From Macrostomum hystrix (Eukaryota > Animalia > Platyhelminthes): DNA of 64,000 bases. Position 1 is the stretch's first letter; each line of letters begins with the position of its first letter. The notes beneath the pieces were generated by a model that ran no database searches, was not told the DNA's origin, and saw only the letters and a list, made by a program, of their open reading frames with translations. Location of the stretch: positions 11,160,001 to 11,224,000 of the forward strand of contig CATNEN010000001.1 of NCBI GenBank assembly GCA_950097015.1. Direction: 5' to 3'. The position numbers and the translations under genes were made by a program. Below, piece by piece: positions 1-14,311 of the stretch.

Positions 1-3000
1 ATGAGGTATGGGATTGTGTCTGATATGAGGTATGGGATTGTGTCTGATATGAGGTATGGGATTGTGTCTGATATGAGTTATGGGATTGTGTCTGATATGA
101 GGTATGGGATTGTGTCTGATATGAGGAATGGGATTCTGTCTGATATGAGGTATGGGATTGTGTCTGATATGAGGTATGAGATTGTGTCTGATATGAGGTA
201 TGGGATTGTGTCTGATATGAGGTATGAGATTGTGTCTGATATGAGGAATGGGATTCTGTCTGATATGAGGTATGGGATTGTGTCTGATATGAGGTATGGG
301 ATTGTGTCTGATATGAGGTATGGGATTGTGTCTGATATGAGGTATGGGATTGTGTCTGATATGAGGTATGGGATTGTGTCTGATATGAGGTATGGGATTG
401 TGTCTGATATGAGGTATGGGATTGTGTCTGATATGAGGTATGGGATTGTGTCTGATATGAGGTATGGGATTGTGTCTGATATGAGGTATGGGATTGTGTC
501 TGATATGAGGTATGGGATTGTGTCTGATATGAGGTATGGGATTGTGTCTGATATGAGGAATGGGATTCTGCCTGATATGAGGTATGGGATTGTGTCTGAT
601 ATGAGGTATGGGATTGTGTCTGATATGAGGTATGAGATTGTGTCTGATATGAGGAATGGGATTCTGTCTGATATGAGGTATGGGATTGTGTCTGATATGA
701 GGTATGGGATTGTGTCTGATATGAGGTATGGGATTGTGTCTGATATGAGGTATGGGATTGTGTCTGATATGAGGTATGGGATTGTGTCTGATATGAGGTA
801 TGGGATTGTGTCTGATATGAGGTATGGGATTGTGTCTGATATGAGGTATGGGATTGTGTCTGATATGAGGTATGGGATTGTGTCTGATATGAGGTATGGG
901 ATTGTGTCTGATATGAGTTATGGGATTGTGTCTGATATGAGGTATGGGATTGTGTCTGATATGAGGAATGGGATTCTGTCTGATATGAGGTATGGGATTG
1001 TGTCTGATATGAGGTATGAGATTGTGTCTGATATGAGGTATGGGATTGTGTCTGATATGAGGTATGAGATTGTGTCTGATATGAGGAATGGGATTCTGTC
1101 TGATATGAGGTATGGGATTGTGTCTGATATGAGGTATGGGATTGTGTCTGATATGAGGTATGGGATTGTGTCTGATATGAGGTATGGGATTGTGTCTGAT
1201 ATGAGTTATGGGATTGTGTCTGATATGAGGTATGGGATTGTGTCTGATATGAGGTATGAGATTGTGTCTGATATGAGGTATGAGATTGTGTCTGATATGA
1301 GGTATGGGATTGTGTCTGATATGAGGTATGGGATTGTGTCTGATATGAGGTATGGGATTGTGTCTGATATGAGGTATGGGATTGTGTCTGATATGAGGTA
1401 TGGGATTGTGTCTGATATGAGGTATGAGATTGTGTCTGATATGAGGTATGGGATTGTGTCTGATATGAGGCATGGGATTGTGTCTGATATGAGGTATGAG
1501 ATTGTGTCTGATATGAGGTATGGGATTGTGTCTGATATGAGGTATGAGATTGTGTCTGATATGAGGTATGGGATTGTGTCTGATATGAGGTATGAGATTG
1601 TGTCTGATATGAGGTATGGGATTGTGTCTGATATGAGGTATGGGATTGTGTCTGATATGAGGTATGAGATTGTGTCTGATATGAGGTATGGGATTGTGTC
1701 TGATATGAGGTATGAGATTGTGTCTGATATGAGGTATGGGATTGTGTCTGATATGAGGCATGGGATTGTGTCTGATATGAGGTATGAGATTGTGTCTGAT
1801 ATGAGGTATGGGATTGTGTCTGATATGAGGTATGAGATTGTGTCTGATATGAGGTATGGGATTGTGTCTGATATGAGGTATGAGATTGTGTCTGATATGA
1901 GGTATGGGATTGTGTCTGATATGAGGTATGAGATTGTGTCTGATATGAGGTATGGGATTGTGTCTGATATGAGGTATGAGATTGTGTCTGATATGAGGTA
2001 TGGGATTGTGTCTGATATGAGGTATGGGATTGTGTCTGATATGAGGTATGAGATTGTGTCTGATATGAGGTATGGGATTGTGTCTGATATGAGGCATGGG
2101 ATTGTGTCTGATATGAGGTATGAGATTGTGTCTGATATGAGGTATGGGATTGTGTCTGATATGAGGTATGAGATTGTGTCTGATATGAGGTATGGGATTG
2201 TGTCTGATATGAGGTATGAGATTGTGTCTGATATGAGGTATGGGATTGTGTCTGATATGAGTCATGGGATTGTGTCTGATATGAGTTATGGGATTGTGTC
2301 TGATATGAGGTATGGGATTGTGTCTGATATGAGGTATGAGATTGTGTCTGATATGAGGTATGAGATTGTGTCTGATATGAGGTATGGGATTGTGTCTGAT
2401 ATGAGGTATGGGATTGTGTCTGATATGAGGTATGGGATTGTGTCTGATATGAGGTATGAGATTGTGTCTGATATGAGGTATGGGATTGTGTCTGATATGA
2501 GGCATGGGATTGTGTCTGATATGAGGTATGAGATTGTGTCTGATATGAGGTATGGGATTGTGTCTGATATGAGGTATGAGATTGTGTCTGATATGAGGTA
2601 TGGGATTGTGTCTGATATGAGGTATGAGATTGTGTCTGATATGAGGTATGGGATTGTGTCTGATATGAGTCATGGGATTGTGTCTGATATGAGGTATGGG
2701 ATTGTGTCTGATATGAGGTATGGGATTGTGTCTGATATGAGGTATGGGATTGTGTCTGATATGAGGTATGGGATTGTGTCTGATATGAGGTATGGGATTG
2801 TGTCTGATATGAGGTATGAGATTGTGTCTGATATGAGGTATGGGATTGTGTCTGATATGAGGTATGGGATTGTGTCTGATATGAGGTATGGGATTGTGTC
2901 TGATATGAGGTATGGGATTGTGTCTGATATGAGGTATGGGATTGTGTCTGATATGAGGTATGAGATTGTGTCTGATATGAGGTATGGGATTGTGTCTGAT

Positions 3001-3330
3001 ATGAGGTATGGGATTGTGTCTGATATGAGGCATGGGATTGTGTCTGATATGAGGTATGAGATTGTGTCTGATATGAGGTATGAGATTGTGTCTGATATGA
3101 GGTATGAGATTGTGTCTGATATGAGGTATGGGATTGTGTCTGATATGAGGTATGGGATTGTGTCTGATATGAGGTATGGGATTCTGTCTGATATGAGGTA
3201 TGGGATTGTGTCTGATATGAGGTATGGGATTGTGTCTGATATGAGGTATGGGACTGTGTCTGATATGAGGTATGGGACTGTGTCTGATATGAGGTATGGG
3301 ATTGTTTCTGATATGAGGTATGGGATTCTG
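1..3330. repeat. 24-bp minisatellite (ATGAGGTATGGGATTGTGTCTGAT)n, ~139 copies, runs off the window start
   Basis: Direct periodicity; translates as (MRYGIVSD)n, which produces the spurious 1116-aa ORF. Confidence 0.97.
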
Positions 3331-3751
3331 TCTTTTTTAGACACAGTCTAAAAATTGTCTAAAATTGAGACACAAAAAAGAATTTTTGCTTAATGATGCT
3401 GCTGTTTTTCTTGTTGTGTGGACACAGGCGAACGGCATACGAAAATTGGTGTGTGTAAGCCCGGAACACACTAATATGAACCGATGTTACATGCAGTGTG
3501 GGATAATTGCAATCCTGCGATGGGATCAATCTATTGCTGTGTCTATTTAAACAAATAGCAAAGAGTTTAACTTGCAGAAAACTTCCAAAATTTTAACGAG
3601 CTTACATAGTTGTCGTAGAATAAGTTGCTCAAATGATATTCGGAATTTAAAATGTTTCAATTGATTTCGAATCCTAAATTAATTGATCCTGAAAAATCTA
3701 AATATGTGGACTTTTGAGACTTCAAATCCTAAATCAATTGATCCTTAAGAT

Positions 3752-4655
3752 TGAAATCCCAAATCCAAGGATCTTCCAGACCTGAAATCCCAAATCCAAG
3801 GATCTTCAAGACCTGAAATCCCAAATCCAATGATCTTCAAGACCTGAAATCCCAAATCCAAGGATCTTCAAGACTTGAAATCCCAAATCCAAGGATCTTC
3901 AAGACCTGAAATCCCAAATCCAAGGATCTTCAAGACCTGAAATCCCAAATCCAAGGATCTTCAAGACCTGAAATCCCAAATCCAATGATCTTCAAGACCT
4001 GAAATCCCAAATCCAAGGATCTTCAAGACTTGAAATCCCAAATCCAAGGATCTTCAAGACCTGAAATCCCAAATCCAAGGATCTTCAAGACCTGAAATCC
4101 CAAATCCAAGGATCTTCAAGACTTGAAATCCCAAATCCAAGGATCTTCAAGACTTGAAATCCCAAATCCAAGGATCTTCAAGACTTGAAATCCCAAATCC
4201 AAGGATCTTCCAGACTTGAAATCCCAATTCCACGGATCTTGCAGGCCTGAAATCCCAAATCCAAGGATCTTCCAGACCTGAAATCCCAAATCCAAGGATC
4301 TTCCAGACTTGAAATCCCAATTCCACGGATCTTGCAGGCCTGAAATCCCAAATCCAAGGATCTTCCAGACCTGAAATCCCAAATCCAAGGATCTTCCAGA
4401 CCTGAAATCCCAAATCCAAGGATCTTCCAGACCTGAAATCCCAAATCCAAGGATCTTCCAGACCTGAAATCCCAAATCCAAAGATCTTCCAGACCTGAAA
4501 TCCCAAATCCAAGGATCTTCCAGACCTGAAATCCCAAATCCAAAGATCTTCCAGACCTGAAATCCCAAATTCAATGATCTTCAAGACTTGAAATCCCAAA
4601 TCCAACGATCTTCAAGACCTTAAATCCCAAATCCAAGGATCTTCAAGACTTGAAA
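3752..4655. repeat. 31-bp minisatellite (GAAATCCCAAATCCAAGGATCTTCAAGACCT)n
   Basis: Direct periodicity, ~29 copies. Confidence 0.95.
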
Positions 4656-4795
4656 TAATAAATTGGCTGATTCTAAATATTTTAGATCCTAAAAATCCTT
4701 GGATGTTTCAGACCTTCTAATAGAAATTAATATACTAGCAATCTCAGTTAAGGGAATGAAAAGTAGTTAGACTGAAAATCAATCAGTGTTTTCAC

Positions 4796-4886
4796 CTCTC
4801 ACAAGCTCGGGTGCTCGAACAAGCAGAGTCCGGAGACTGGCCAGTGAGTTCAAAAGAGAATTCTCAGTTATGGACCATAGCTCCAT
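4796..4886 (-). CDS. Probable first coding exon of an unidentified gene continuing left (MELWSITENSLLNSLASLRTLLVRAPELVR...)
   Basis: Minus strand reads tgttgcag|gtcattt...gccATG (exon start 4915, ATG 4886) with an open frame to AGA G|gtgaaa (exon end 4796). Higher GC than the flanks. No homology recognised. Confidence 0.4.
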
Positions 4887-5369
4887 GGCTATTCTTTCAT
4901 GCTTCCTAAAATGACCTGCAACACGAATAGTGGGCTAATTGCCACAGCTTATTTGCTTTAGTTAGCTTTTTAAAAAGAGCACGGAAAAAAGCTGCTCAGA
5001 GAGATTGTTGAAGCCGTTTTACTGCGCAAAATCACTTTTTCTAAAAGCAACCTTCTCGTTGGTTGGTGCAAGCAATGACCTTCCTGTGTAGGCTTTCACC
5101 CTATAGGCCAGATATCGACATGTATAACATACTGTAGATAACATGTGCTAAGTATCTAAAGCGTGAGAACATTCCTTTGCTCTTCTGCTGACTTTACAAT
5201 TATATTTATCAAATTGAAGCCACTAAATTTCTTATCGCGAGAAAGTTTATCGCGAATTCAACATAATTTGAGTCTTGCAACAAGAATTGCTTTGATCAAG
5301 CAACCTTTTTTCTATCAATAAATCATTTTCTTAGCAACCGCTTATCGATCAAATCAATTGTTTTCCCTC

Positions 5370-5755
5370 ATCAATTAGTGTGCATAGATTAGCAATCCAT
5401 TCTATTCCTGCGTGTGCATAGATTAGCAATCCATTCTATTCCTGCATCAATTAGTGTGCATAGATTAGCAATCCATTCGATTCCTGCATCAATTAGTGTG
5501 CATAGATTAGCAATCCATTCGATTCCTGCATCAATTAGTGTGCATAGATTAGCAATCCATTCTATTCCTGCATCAATTAGTGTGCATAGATTAGCAATCC
5601 ATTCGATTCCTGCATCAATTAGTGTGCATAGATTAGCAATCCATTCTATTCCTGCATGTGCATAGATTAGCAATCCATTCTATCCCTGCATGTGCATAGA
5701 TTAGCAATCCATTCTATTGCCTCCTCAATCAGTGTGCATAGATTAGCAATCCATT
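5370..5755. repeat. 42-bp minisatellite (ATCAATTAGTGTGCATAGATTAGCAATCCATTCGATTCCTGC)n
   Basis: Direct periodicity, ~9 copies. Confidence 0.93.
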
Positions 5756-6519
5756 ATACACCAATCAGTGCATAGATGAACATCTATTAATTGTTACTTC
5801 TGATTGGAATAAAATAAAAGTATTTACTTGCTTTATCTAATAGTGTACTTTAGGCTTTCCAAATAGACAGCAAGCCATTGCACAGTGAACGAACCATCAA
5901 CCACTTAGATCTGTCCCCAATTACGCGCCTGCGTTCCTGGCTCACTGTAGACTAGAATGAGAAAGATAACGAGAAGCAAAAAAATATTTTAAAAGCGGCG
6001 GGATCAAAGACTAGGGGTGGCTCAATAAAATCTCGATCTGAAATGTTCTTTTTTTAAAATAGAAAAAGAGAAGCTGACGCAAGTCAGGTTTGCCGGGAGT
6101 TGTTTAATTTCCATTTTTTAATCACTGAGAGATAGAGCTGCTGCTGTTGCTGGCGATTCTCACAGATTTAGAGTAAAAGCTGACGATTTGTATTTTATAA
6201 TTTTATAGCACACACACAGACTATTGGGTGAACAGTAATTGAAACCTTGCACTAAGAAATTGAACTAGCTCGTAGAATTTTTTAATATAATTGAATGCAC
6301 TTTAGTTATTTGTCGTAAATAACACCGGAAAAAAGAGCTGCTAGATGACAGATGGCAGTTAAATAAACGAAAGAATCGCTTTAGTGAATAACCGGAATTT
6401 CGGTACATTGTGCTGCTGTTCTACGTATGCAATTTAAAAGGAAAGTAGAAGTTAAATAAAATGACTAACTCCATCACGATATTTAGTCCAGGCCGGGACG
6501 GGTGATTATACGCACACTT

Positions 6520-6682
6520 AGAGGAAATTCCTGGCGGGGTTGGCTGACTGATGTACAATTGTACACTAGAGGGGTTAGGAAATTCCTGGAGGGATGGGTG
6601 TTGGCTGACTGATGTACAATTGTACACTAGAGGGGTTAGGAAATTCCTGGCGGGGATGGGTGTTGGCTGACTGATGTACATC
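6520..6682. repeat. ~62-bp tandem repeat, ~2.5 copies, 3' of NUDCD1
   Basis: GGAAATTCCTGG...TTGGCTGACTGATGTACA recurs three times. Confidence 0.8.
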
Positions 6683-6769
6683 TAGGAGGCTAGAAAATTC
6701 GGCTCGAATGTGTAACTGAATTAGAAAACAAGCGTGACACTGATTCGATTGTTTAGAAAAGAGCCGTAT

Positions 6770-9413
6770 TTAGTGTCTATTAATTCGCACAAGATACAGA
6801 GCTCGCTCAGTGAGCACCAAAATTCTAGAATCGCAGCAGGCGAATCCGATCAACGCATCTTGAGTAGCCAGCGACACCACCTGCTGCGAGGAGCGCTCGG
6901 CAATCACCCGGCCAGTTTGCCGATTTCTCAACTGAGTGTCGGCCGGCCGAGGGCTGTGATAGACGTACACGTGCCGGAAGCAGTCGCACACGGCCGCGTA
7001 GCCGAAGCTGGGCGCGCAGGCGACAAATTTGGCATCAGTTTTAGAGGCTCGAACGAACCCGAAGGCATGAAATGTGGCCACGTGCTGCCAGATTTGGGTT
7101 CCACTGCCGCCGCCGGCCGATGGCTCGGACAGACCGGCGCTGTCAGGACGCCAGAGAATGCCATCCACATCGCGGCGCAGGCAGAGGTAGGGCGGCTCGC
7201 CAGGTGTTACGCGAGTGGCAAAGAGCCACTGGGTGGAGTCGAGGGCTGGAGAGGGAGGAGACAGTATTAAAGTTGAGATGGAGTCATGTGGGTGTCTAAG
7301 GGAAGGAGGTGGATGTCGGAAGGGTGTCTGAGGGAGGGAGGTGGATGTCGGAGGGGTGTCTGAGGGAGAGAGGTGGATGTCGGAGGGGTGTCTGAGGGAG
7401 AGAGGTGGATGTCGGAGGGGTGTCTGAGGGAGAGAAGTGGATGTCGGAGGGAGTGATGCGTGTGTCTAAGGGAGTGAGGTGGGTGTCTGAGAGAGAGGTG
7501 GGTATCGGTGGGATTGAGGTGGGTGTGTAAGGGAGTGAAGTGGGTGTCTAGGGAGTGAGCTGGATGTCTAGGGAGTGATGTGGGTGTCTAAGGGAGCGAG
7601 GTGGGTGGCTGAGGGAGCGAGGTGGGTGTCAAAGTGGGTGGGTGAGTGATCGCAGTTGCTGACTAAATGAAGATCTCACCAGTGTGCGCCACCACGCGTT
7701 GTTCTTCACCATCAATCCAAACAAGAGCGCCGCGAGTCAGACCGTCGTCTCCGGAGCCGCCAGCGTCGGGGAAGTCGCAATCTTCCAGCTCCTGGGCGTT
7801 GTAGAGATCTCCGGAGCCGGCAACCAGAGCGGCGGCGGCTGCGGCCGCGGCGGGGTCGGGCAGCTCGGAGCCGCGAGAATCGTTTGTTACTAGGCAGGGC
7901 CATGGAGTGGCCGGGTCGCGCTTGCCAAGCAGGTGCAGCTCGAGCAGGCGAGAATCCGAGTTGGAATCGAACTGCAAGAGTGCGGTTAAACAGGAACCTT
8001 AATTTTCAAAAATCAGCAGAAGGTGCCATAGTTTGATACGACAAAACGGCACTACCGGAGAGCACCTACCGTCCAGGTGCAAGCGTCCTTATCTAAGGCT
8101 TCAAAGAGCGGGCCGTCTAGAATTGGTCGACCGTGAACAGCCACGCGCAGGTGAGTGCCAGTGATGACCACATCTACGTCCGCTTTGCTGACGCCGGGAG
8201 GCAACGGCACGTAGGCGACAATGCTGCCGTCGTCAGCCGATTGGCTCCAGGTGTAGGGCGACGGGACCGACTCCGAAGTCATGGACACTGAAGCCTTGGC
8301 AGTGCGATTACGCTGACTATGGCTGAAGGAATTCAGGTTAAATAAGGACTACATCGTTAGGTGTACACATCAAGGTCAGGTGTACACTTTAAGGTCAGGT
8401 GTACACATCAAGGTCCAGTGTACAAATCAAGGTCAGGTGTACCCATCAAGGTCAGGCGTGCGCATCAAGGTCAGGTGTACAAATCAAGGTCAGGTGTACA
8501 AATCGCGACATACTCACCCAGGTACACTAGTCGCCTTCTTAGTCTGATTGTCTGGGTTTCCATTGTCACGGCTAAGAAACTCGAACGGTCTGTCGCAGGC
8601 CAGCAGAAGGTGTCGGCAGTCGGCATCGAAGCTGGCATAGTTGGGCACGCAGCTGCTCTCCAGGCTGCGACTGCGCACCTGCTGATAGTCGCTGGAATCG
8701 CCGAAGGCGTCAAACGACAGCCAGTCCAGTACGCACCGGAAGGCGTCGGTATCTGTAGTGTTAGCTTCGCGCACTCGCATTAGCAGGCAGTGCAGCGTCT
8801 TCTTGTTTTGCTGCTGCTGCTGTTGCTGTTTGGCGTATATTAATAGGCCAGGTTCGACTTCAAAGGTTGCTAGAATTTGCCAATCAGTTCGCACAGTCTG
8901 CTGCTGCTGCTTACCATCCTCACCCAGTCCGGCCCGATCGCCGGTGTCAATGACAAACAGCCGCCCGCAGCCATCAGCAGCGCAGGCCGCAGTGTCGCTA
9001 GCGAACAGCAGTGTTGGCTGACACCTGCCAGCTAGGAGCTTCCGATCAGCGGCGTTCGGCAATTGCAGCACGGATCTGGGCGGGTCAGGACTCGAGTCGA
9101 CAACAGTTGTAACTCGCATCACATTCCAATCACTGTCCAGATAATAGGCGCTATCGAAATCCCACGGGTCCAAGCTCAGGTGATTCTGTACACCGTAGGC
9201 TTTCAAATGATCGAAACTGTATTGCCGTTCGGTTAGTTGAGGATTATCGACCCCTCGTGGCAGCTTTAATTCCACAATGCCAGCCTGGTCTAGGGCAAGC
9301 TTGTAGCCTTCAAAATTCGGCTCCAACAAGTCCCGGTTCACTTTCAACTCCGGGTAGATGACAGAGGCGGTTGAAGGCGAGACGGAGCTCGCTGCATCCT
9401 GTTCAGCGGACAT
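6770..9413 (-). CDS. NUDCD1: NudC domain-containing protein 1 (CML66-like), 4 exons
   Basis: Exons 9413-8518, 8322-8070, 7971-7680, 7245-6770, all GT-AG with continuous frame. Motifs: LKVNRDLLEPNFEGYKL, CS/p23 domain YTWSQ...CTWT, ELEDCD, QWLF...CLRRDVDGILW, HVATFHAFGFVRASK. Confidence 0.92.
7300..7645. repeat. G/T-rich ~33-bp minisatellite in NUDCD1 intron 3, degenerating to ~21 bp
   Basis: GAGGGAGAGAGGTGGATGTCGGAGGGGTGTCT repeats. Confidence 0.8.
8360..8502. repeat. 19-bp minisatellite (CAGGTGTACACATCAAGGT)n in NUDCD1 intron 1
   Basis: ~7 copies. Confidence 0.88.
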
Positions 9414-9464
9414 GACTAATGCTGAAGACAGATTGACAGGTGTTTCATTGATGCTAAGTATTGC

Positions 9465-9708
9465 CTGGTCTGTATATCCTACAGTCTGTCTGTATACCCT
9501 GCAGTCTACCTGTCTGTATACCCTACAGCCTATCTGTCTGTATACCCTACAGCCTACCTGTCTGTATACCCTACAGCCTACCTGTCTGTATACCCTACAG
9601 CCTACCTGTCTGTATACCCTACAGCCTACCTGTCTGTATACCCTACAGCCTACCTGTCTGTATACCCTACAGTCTACCTGTCTGTATATCCTACAGTCTA
9701 CCTGTCGT
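9465..9708. repeat. 24-bp minisatellite (CTGTCTGTATACCCTACAGCCTAC)n just upstream of NUDCD1
   Basis: ~10 copies. Confidence 0.92.
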
Positions 9709-11342
9709 ATATAGATGTCTGTGGTAAATTGTAAATGAAAAGACTGCGCACAAATTAAAAAATGAATTTTTTAATAAAAAAAAACAAAATTTACATGAAT
9801 ATACTCCAAGTAAAACCAAACACTGCACTGTTAGCCCGCAGGTCAAATATATGGCTGAAAAAATAATTGTTTTAATAATAATCCTGTAATGCAGCATGAC
9901 ACTTGTTGTCAAGCCAACAAACACAGTTAGACAGAAGCATGAAATATTGGTGTTAATATTGTCTGTTATCCAAATGTTTTTACCTTTCAAAACCCGACCA
10001 ATAAATAAGACGAAGATTATCTGCTAAAGAGTTTAGCATAGGATTAAACATATTAATTACTAAAAAAACCAACACGAGTGAAGTAGAAAACTGTTAAAAA
10101 ATACTATACAGAAGCAATTTTTATACACAATTAGCCCACTTTTTTTGCTGTAAAATAAACATTCTCTCTCAGGAAATAAATAAATAAATAAATAAATTTA
10201 TAGGCGCTAAGCTACACACACCGCTACTGAAAGTAGGCAACATAGCAAATTACGCATAATAAAATAGCCTTGATCGAAGTATTATTAAAAATTTCCGTTA
10301 AAACCAGCGCAGCAAAGAAAATTCCTGTTGACATGAAAACAGATTAATAGCCGGATATCACGCGGGAACACAGTTCATAATAGAAAAAAGAAAGAAGCAC
10401 GAATTGTTTAATAAAAAAAACTAAATTTATTTGGTATTTTAGAACACCAAACAATGAAATAGAAGAAGCTTATTTAATTATCAGCGGTAGCAGCAGAAGC
10501 AGCAGCTAACAGTGTTCTAATCAGTCCCCAGTTCTGCAATTTACTCTCAACAATATCAAAATCTCTTATTTTACACAATGCAAAATAGTAAACAAAATAA
10601 AAAAATTTATAGTTGAAAGCCAGACTGACAAAATAAAACTGCTTGAACCCTAAACAAGGAGAATTATAAAACAACAATGCAATAGGCGGACAACGAGACG
10701 GAGGTAAATAATAGGCCACAGAGAACAGCAAGCAAACAGGCTTAAATAATGCGAGTGCACAATTTACAGCGAGACCAAATACACAAGCGCCAACTATAGA
10801 AAGACATCCGAGTCCTCATTGCTAACAATGCGACTAAATCAATAGCCCAGCGGTTTTAGAGTGTTTGAAATTCTCATTTTTTCTTAGAAAACCTACTTAA
10901 CCTAACAAAGCAGCAATAAGGACTTTACTAAAGCCAAACGTGAGCTAGTTTTACATAGAAAGATATAAAGTATGGGTGTTCGAGACTATACATATATATC
11001 AATATGAGCTTCCTTAATATGACCTGCATTATCAAAATTCATCAATATAGTGCTTAAAAATACAGAATAAATCATTGTCTCTTCTTATTAACTGCTATTT
11101 TTTTCCTCTTATATAGATTCTGACGTAGATATAATGCAATATATTATGCACTAAAAAGCAGTATAGATAGCTGATATTCAAAATAGAATCTTTAAACCAA
11201 ATTTACAAGATGAGAATCAAATATATAAAAAAATTGTGCCACAATAATATGTAAACTTATCAAGCAAAACTGTTTTTGTCCTGGTTCTTTACGATGACTG
11301 CGAGAAAGAAGATAAGCCACTATTCAAGAAAGCAATTGTAAG

Positions 11343-14095
11343 AAGGATTCAGTATAGGACAGAGCAGTTGTGAGTAGGATTCAGTATGGGACAGAGCAGT
11401 TGTGAGTAGGATTCAGTATAGGACAGAGCAGTTGTGAGTAGGATTCAGTATGGGGCAGAGCAGTTGTGAGTAGGATTCAGTATGGGACAGAGCAGTTGTG
11501 AGTAGGATTCAGTATAGGACAGAGCAGTTGTGAGTAGGATTCAGTATGGGACAGAGCAGTTGTGAGTAGGATTCAGTATGGGGCAGAGCAGTTGTGAGTA
11601 GGATTCAGTATGGGACAGAGCAGTTGTGAGTAGGATTCAGTATGGGGCAGACCAGTTGTGAGTAGGATTCAGTATAGGACAGAGCAGTTGTGAGTAGGAT
11701 TCAGTATAGGACAGAGCAGTTGTGAGTAGGATTCAGTATGGGGCAGAGCAGTTGTGAGTAGGATTCAGTATAGGACAGAGCAGTTGTGAGTAGGATTCAG
11801 TATGGGACAGAGCAGTTGTGAGTAGGATTCAGTATGGGGCAGACCAGTTGTGAGTAGGATTCAGTATAGGACAGAGCAGTTGTGAGTAGGATTCAGTATA
11901 GGACAGAGCAGTTGTGAGTAGGATTCAGTATGGGGCAGAGCAGTTGTGAGTAGGATTCAGTATAGGACAGAGCAGTTGTGAGTAGGATTCAGTATGGGAC
12001 AGAGCAGTTGTGAGTAGGATTCAGTATAGGACAGAGCAGTTGTGAGTAGGATTCAGTATGGGACAGAGCAGTTGTGAGTAGGATTCAGTATGGGACAGAG
12101 CAGTTGTGAGTAGGATTCAGTATAGGACAGAGCAGTTGTGAGTAGGATTCAGTATGGGACAGAGCAGTTGTGAGTAGGATTCAGTATGGGGCAGAGCAGT
12201 TGTGAGTAGGATTCAGTATGGGACAGAGCAGTTGTGAGAAGGATTCAGTATGGGGCAGACCAGTTGTGAGTAGGATTCAGTATAGGACAGAGCAGTTGTG
12301 AGTAGGATTCAGTATAGGACAGAGCAGTTGTGAGTAGGATTCAGTATGGGGCAGAGCAGTTGTGAGTAGGATTCAGTATGGGACAGGGCAGTTGTGAGAA
12401 GGATTCAGTATGGGGCAGAGCAGTTGTGAGTAGGATTCAGTATGGGACAGAGCAGTTGTGAGAAGGATTCAGTATAGGACAGAGCAGTTGTGAGTAGGAT
12501 TCAGTATGGGACAGAGCAGTTGTGAGTAGGATTCAGTATGGGGCAGAGCAGTTGTGAGTAGGATTCAGTATGGGACAGAGCAGTTGTGAGAAGGATTCAG
12601 TATGGGACAGAGCAGTTGTGAGTAGGATTCAGTATAGGACAGAGCAGTTGTGAGTAGGATTCAGTATGGGACAGAGCAGTTGTGAGTAGGATTCAGTATG
12701 GGGCAGAGCAGTTGTGAGAAGGATTCAGTATGGGACAGAGCAGTTGTGAGTAGGATTCAGTATAGGACAGAGCAGTTGTGAGTAGGATTCAGTATGGGAC
12801 AGAGCAGTTGTGAGTAGGATTCAGTATGGGGCAGAGCAGTTGTGAGTAGGATTCAGTATGGGACAGAGCAGTTGTGAGTAGGATTCAGTATGGGACAGAG
12901 CAGTTGTGAGAAGGATTCAGTATGGGACAGAGCAGTTGTGAGTAGGATTCAGTATAGGACAGAGCAGTTGTGAGTAGGATTCAGTATGGGACAGAGCAGT
13001 TGTGAGTAGGATTCAGTATGGGGCAGAGCAGTTGTGAGAAGGATTCAGTATGGGACAGAGCAGTTGTGAGTAGGATTCAGTATGGGACAGAGCAGTTGTG
13101 AGTAGGATTCAGTATGGGGCAGAGCAGTTGTGAGAAGGATTCAGTATGGGACAGAGCAGTTGTGAGTAGGATTCAGTATGGGGCAGAGCAGTTGTGAGTA
13201 GGATTCAGTATGGGACAGAGCAGTTGTGAGTAGGATTCAGTATAGGACAGAGCAGTTGTGAGTAGGATTCAGTATGGGACAGAGCAGTTGTGAGTAGGAT
13301 TCAGTATAGGACAGAGCAGTTGTGAGTAGGATTCAGTATGGGGCAGAGCAGTTGTGAGTAGGATTCAGTATGGGACAGGGCAGTTGTGAGTAGGATTCAG
13401 TATGGGGCAGGGCAGTTGTGAGTAGGATTCAGTATGGGACAGAGCAGTTGTGAGTAGGATTCAGTATGGGACAGAGCAGTTGTGAGTAGGATTCAGTATG
13501 GGACAGGGCAGTTGTGAGTAGGATTCAGTATGGGGCAGGGCAGTTGTGAGTAGGATTCAGTATGGGACAGAGCAGTTGTGAGTAGGATTCAGTATGGGGC
13601 AGGGCAGTTGTGAGTAGGATTCAGTATGGGACAGAGCAGTTGTGAGAAGGATTCAGTATGGGACAGAGCAGTTGTGAGTAGGATTCAGTATGGGACAGAG
13701 CAGTTGTGAGAAGGATTCAGTATAGGACAGAGCAGTTGTGAGTAGGATTCAGTATGGGACAGAGCAGTTGTGAGTAGGATTCAGTATAGGACAGAGCAGT
13801 TGTGAGTAGGATTCAGTATGGGACAGAGCAGTTGTGAGAAGGATTCAGTATGGGACAGAGCAGTTGTGAGTAGGATTCAGTATGGGGCAGGGCAGTTGTG
13901 AGTAGGATTCAGTATGGGACAGAGCAGTTGTGAGTAGGATTCAGTATGGGACAGAGCAGTTGTGAGTAGGATTCAGTATGGGACAGAGCAGTTGTGAGTA
14001 GGATTCAGTATGGGACAGAGCAGTTGTGAGTAGGATTCAGTATGGGACAGAGCAGTTGTGAGTAGGATTCAGTATGGGACAGCAGTTGTGAGTAG
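11343..14095. repeat. 32-bp minisatellite (GGATTCAGTATGGGACAGAGCAGTTGTGAGTA)n, ~86 copies
   Basis: Direct periodicity; lies 3' of the FBXL stop codon. Confidence 0.97.
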
Positions 14096-14311
14096 GCAGA
14101 TGACAGAGGAAACTTAAAAAATAAACAGACGTGTTTGAGCTGGTATACTAGAGAAACCAGACAGGACATAAGCAAATCGGTAAATATAAAAATGAAACTC
14201 GACGCAGACCTAGCCGTTATTGATGAGAAAGCATTGCAGTTATGTACACACAGAAGCACACACACAGATCGCACACTGTGAGTTGAGTGACTCAGTCTAG
14301 CCACAGAATGA

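Noticed and set aside
1-3351. 1116-aa (MRYGIVSD)n ORF
   Set aside because: Stop-free frame of a 24-bp minisatellite like the other ~21 arrays; no unique domain; probably intronic to the minus-strand gene whose donor is at 4795.
11343-14095. CRISPR-like appearance of the 31-35 bp arrays
   Set aside because: Head-to-tail repeats with no unique spacers, no cas genes, and a eukaryotic context.
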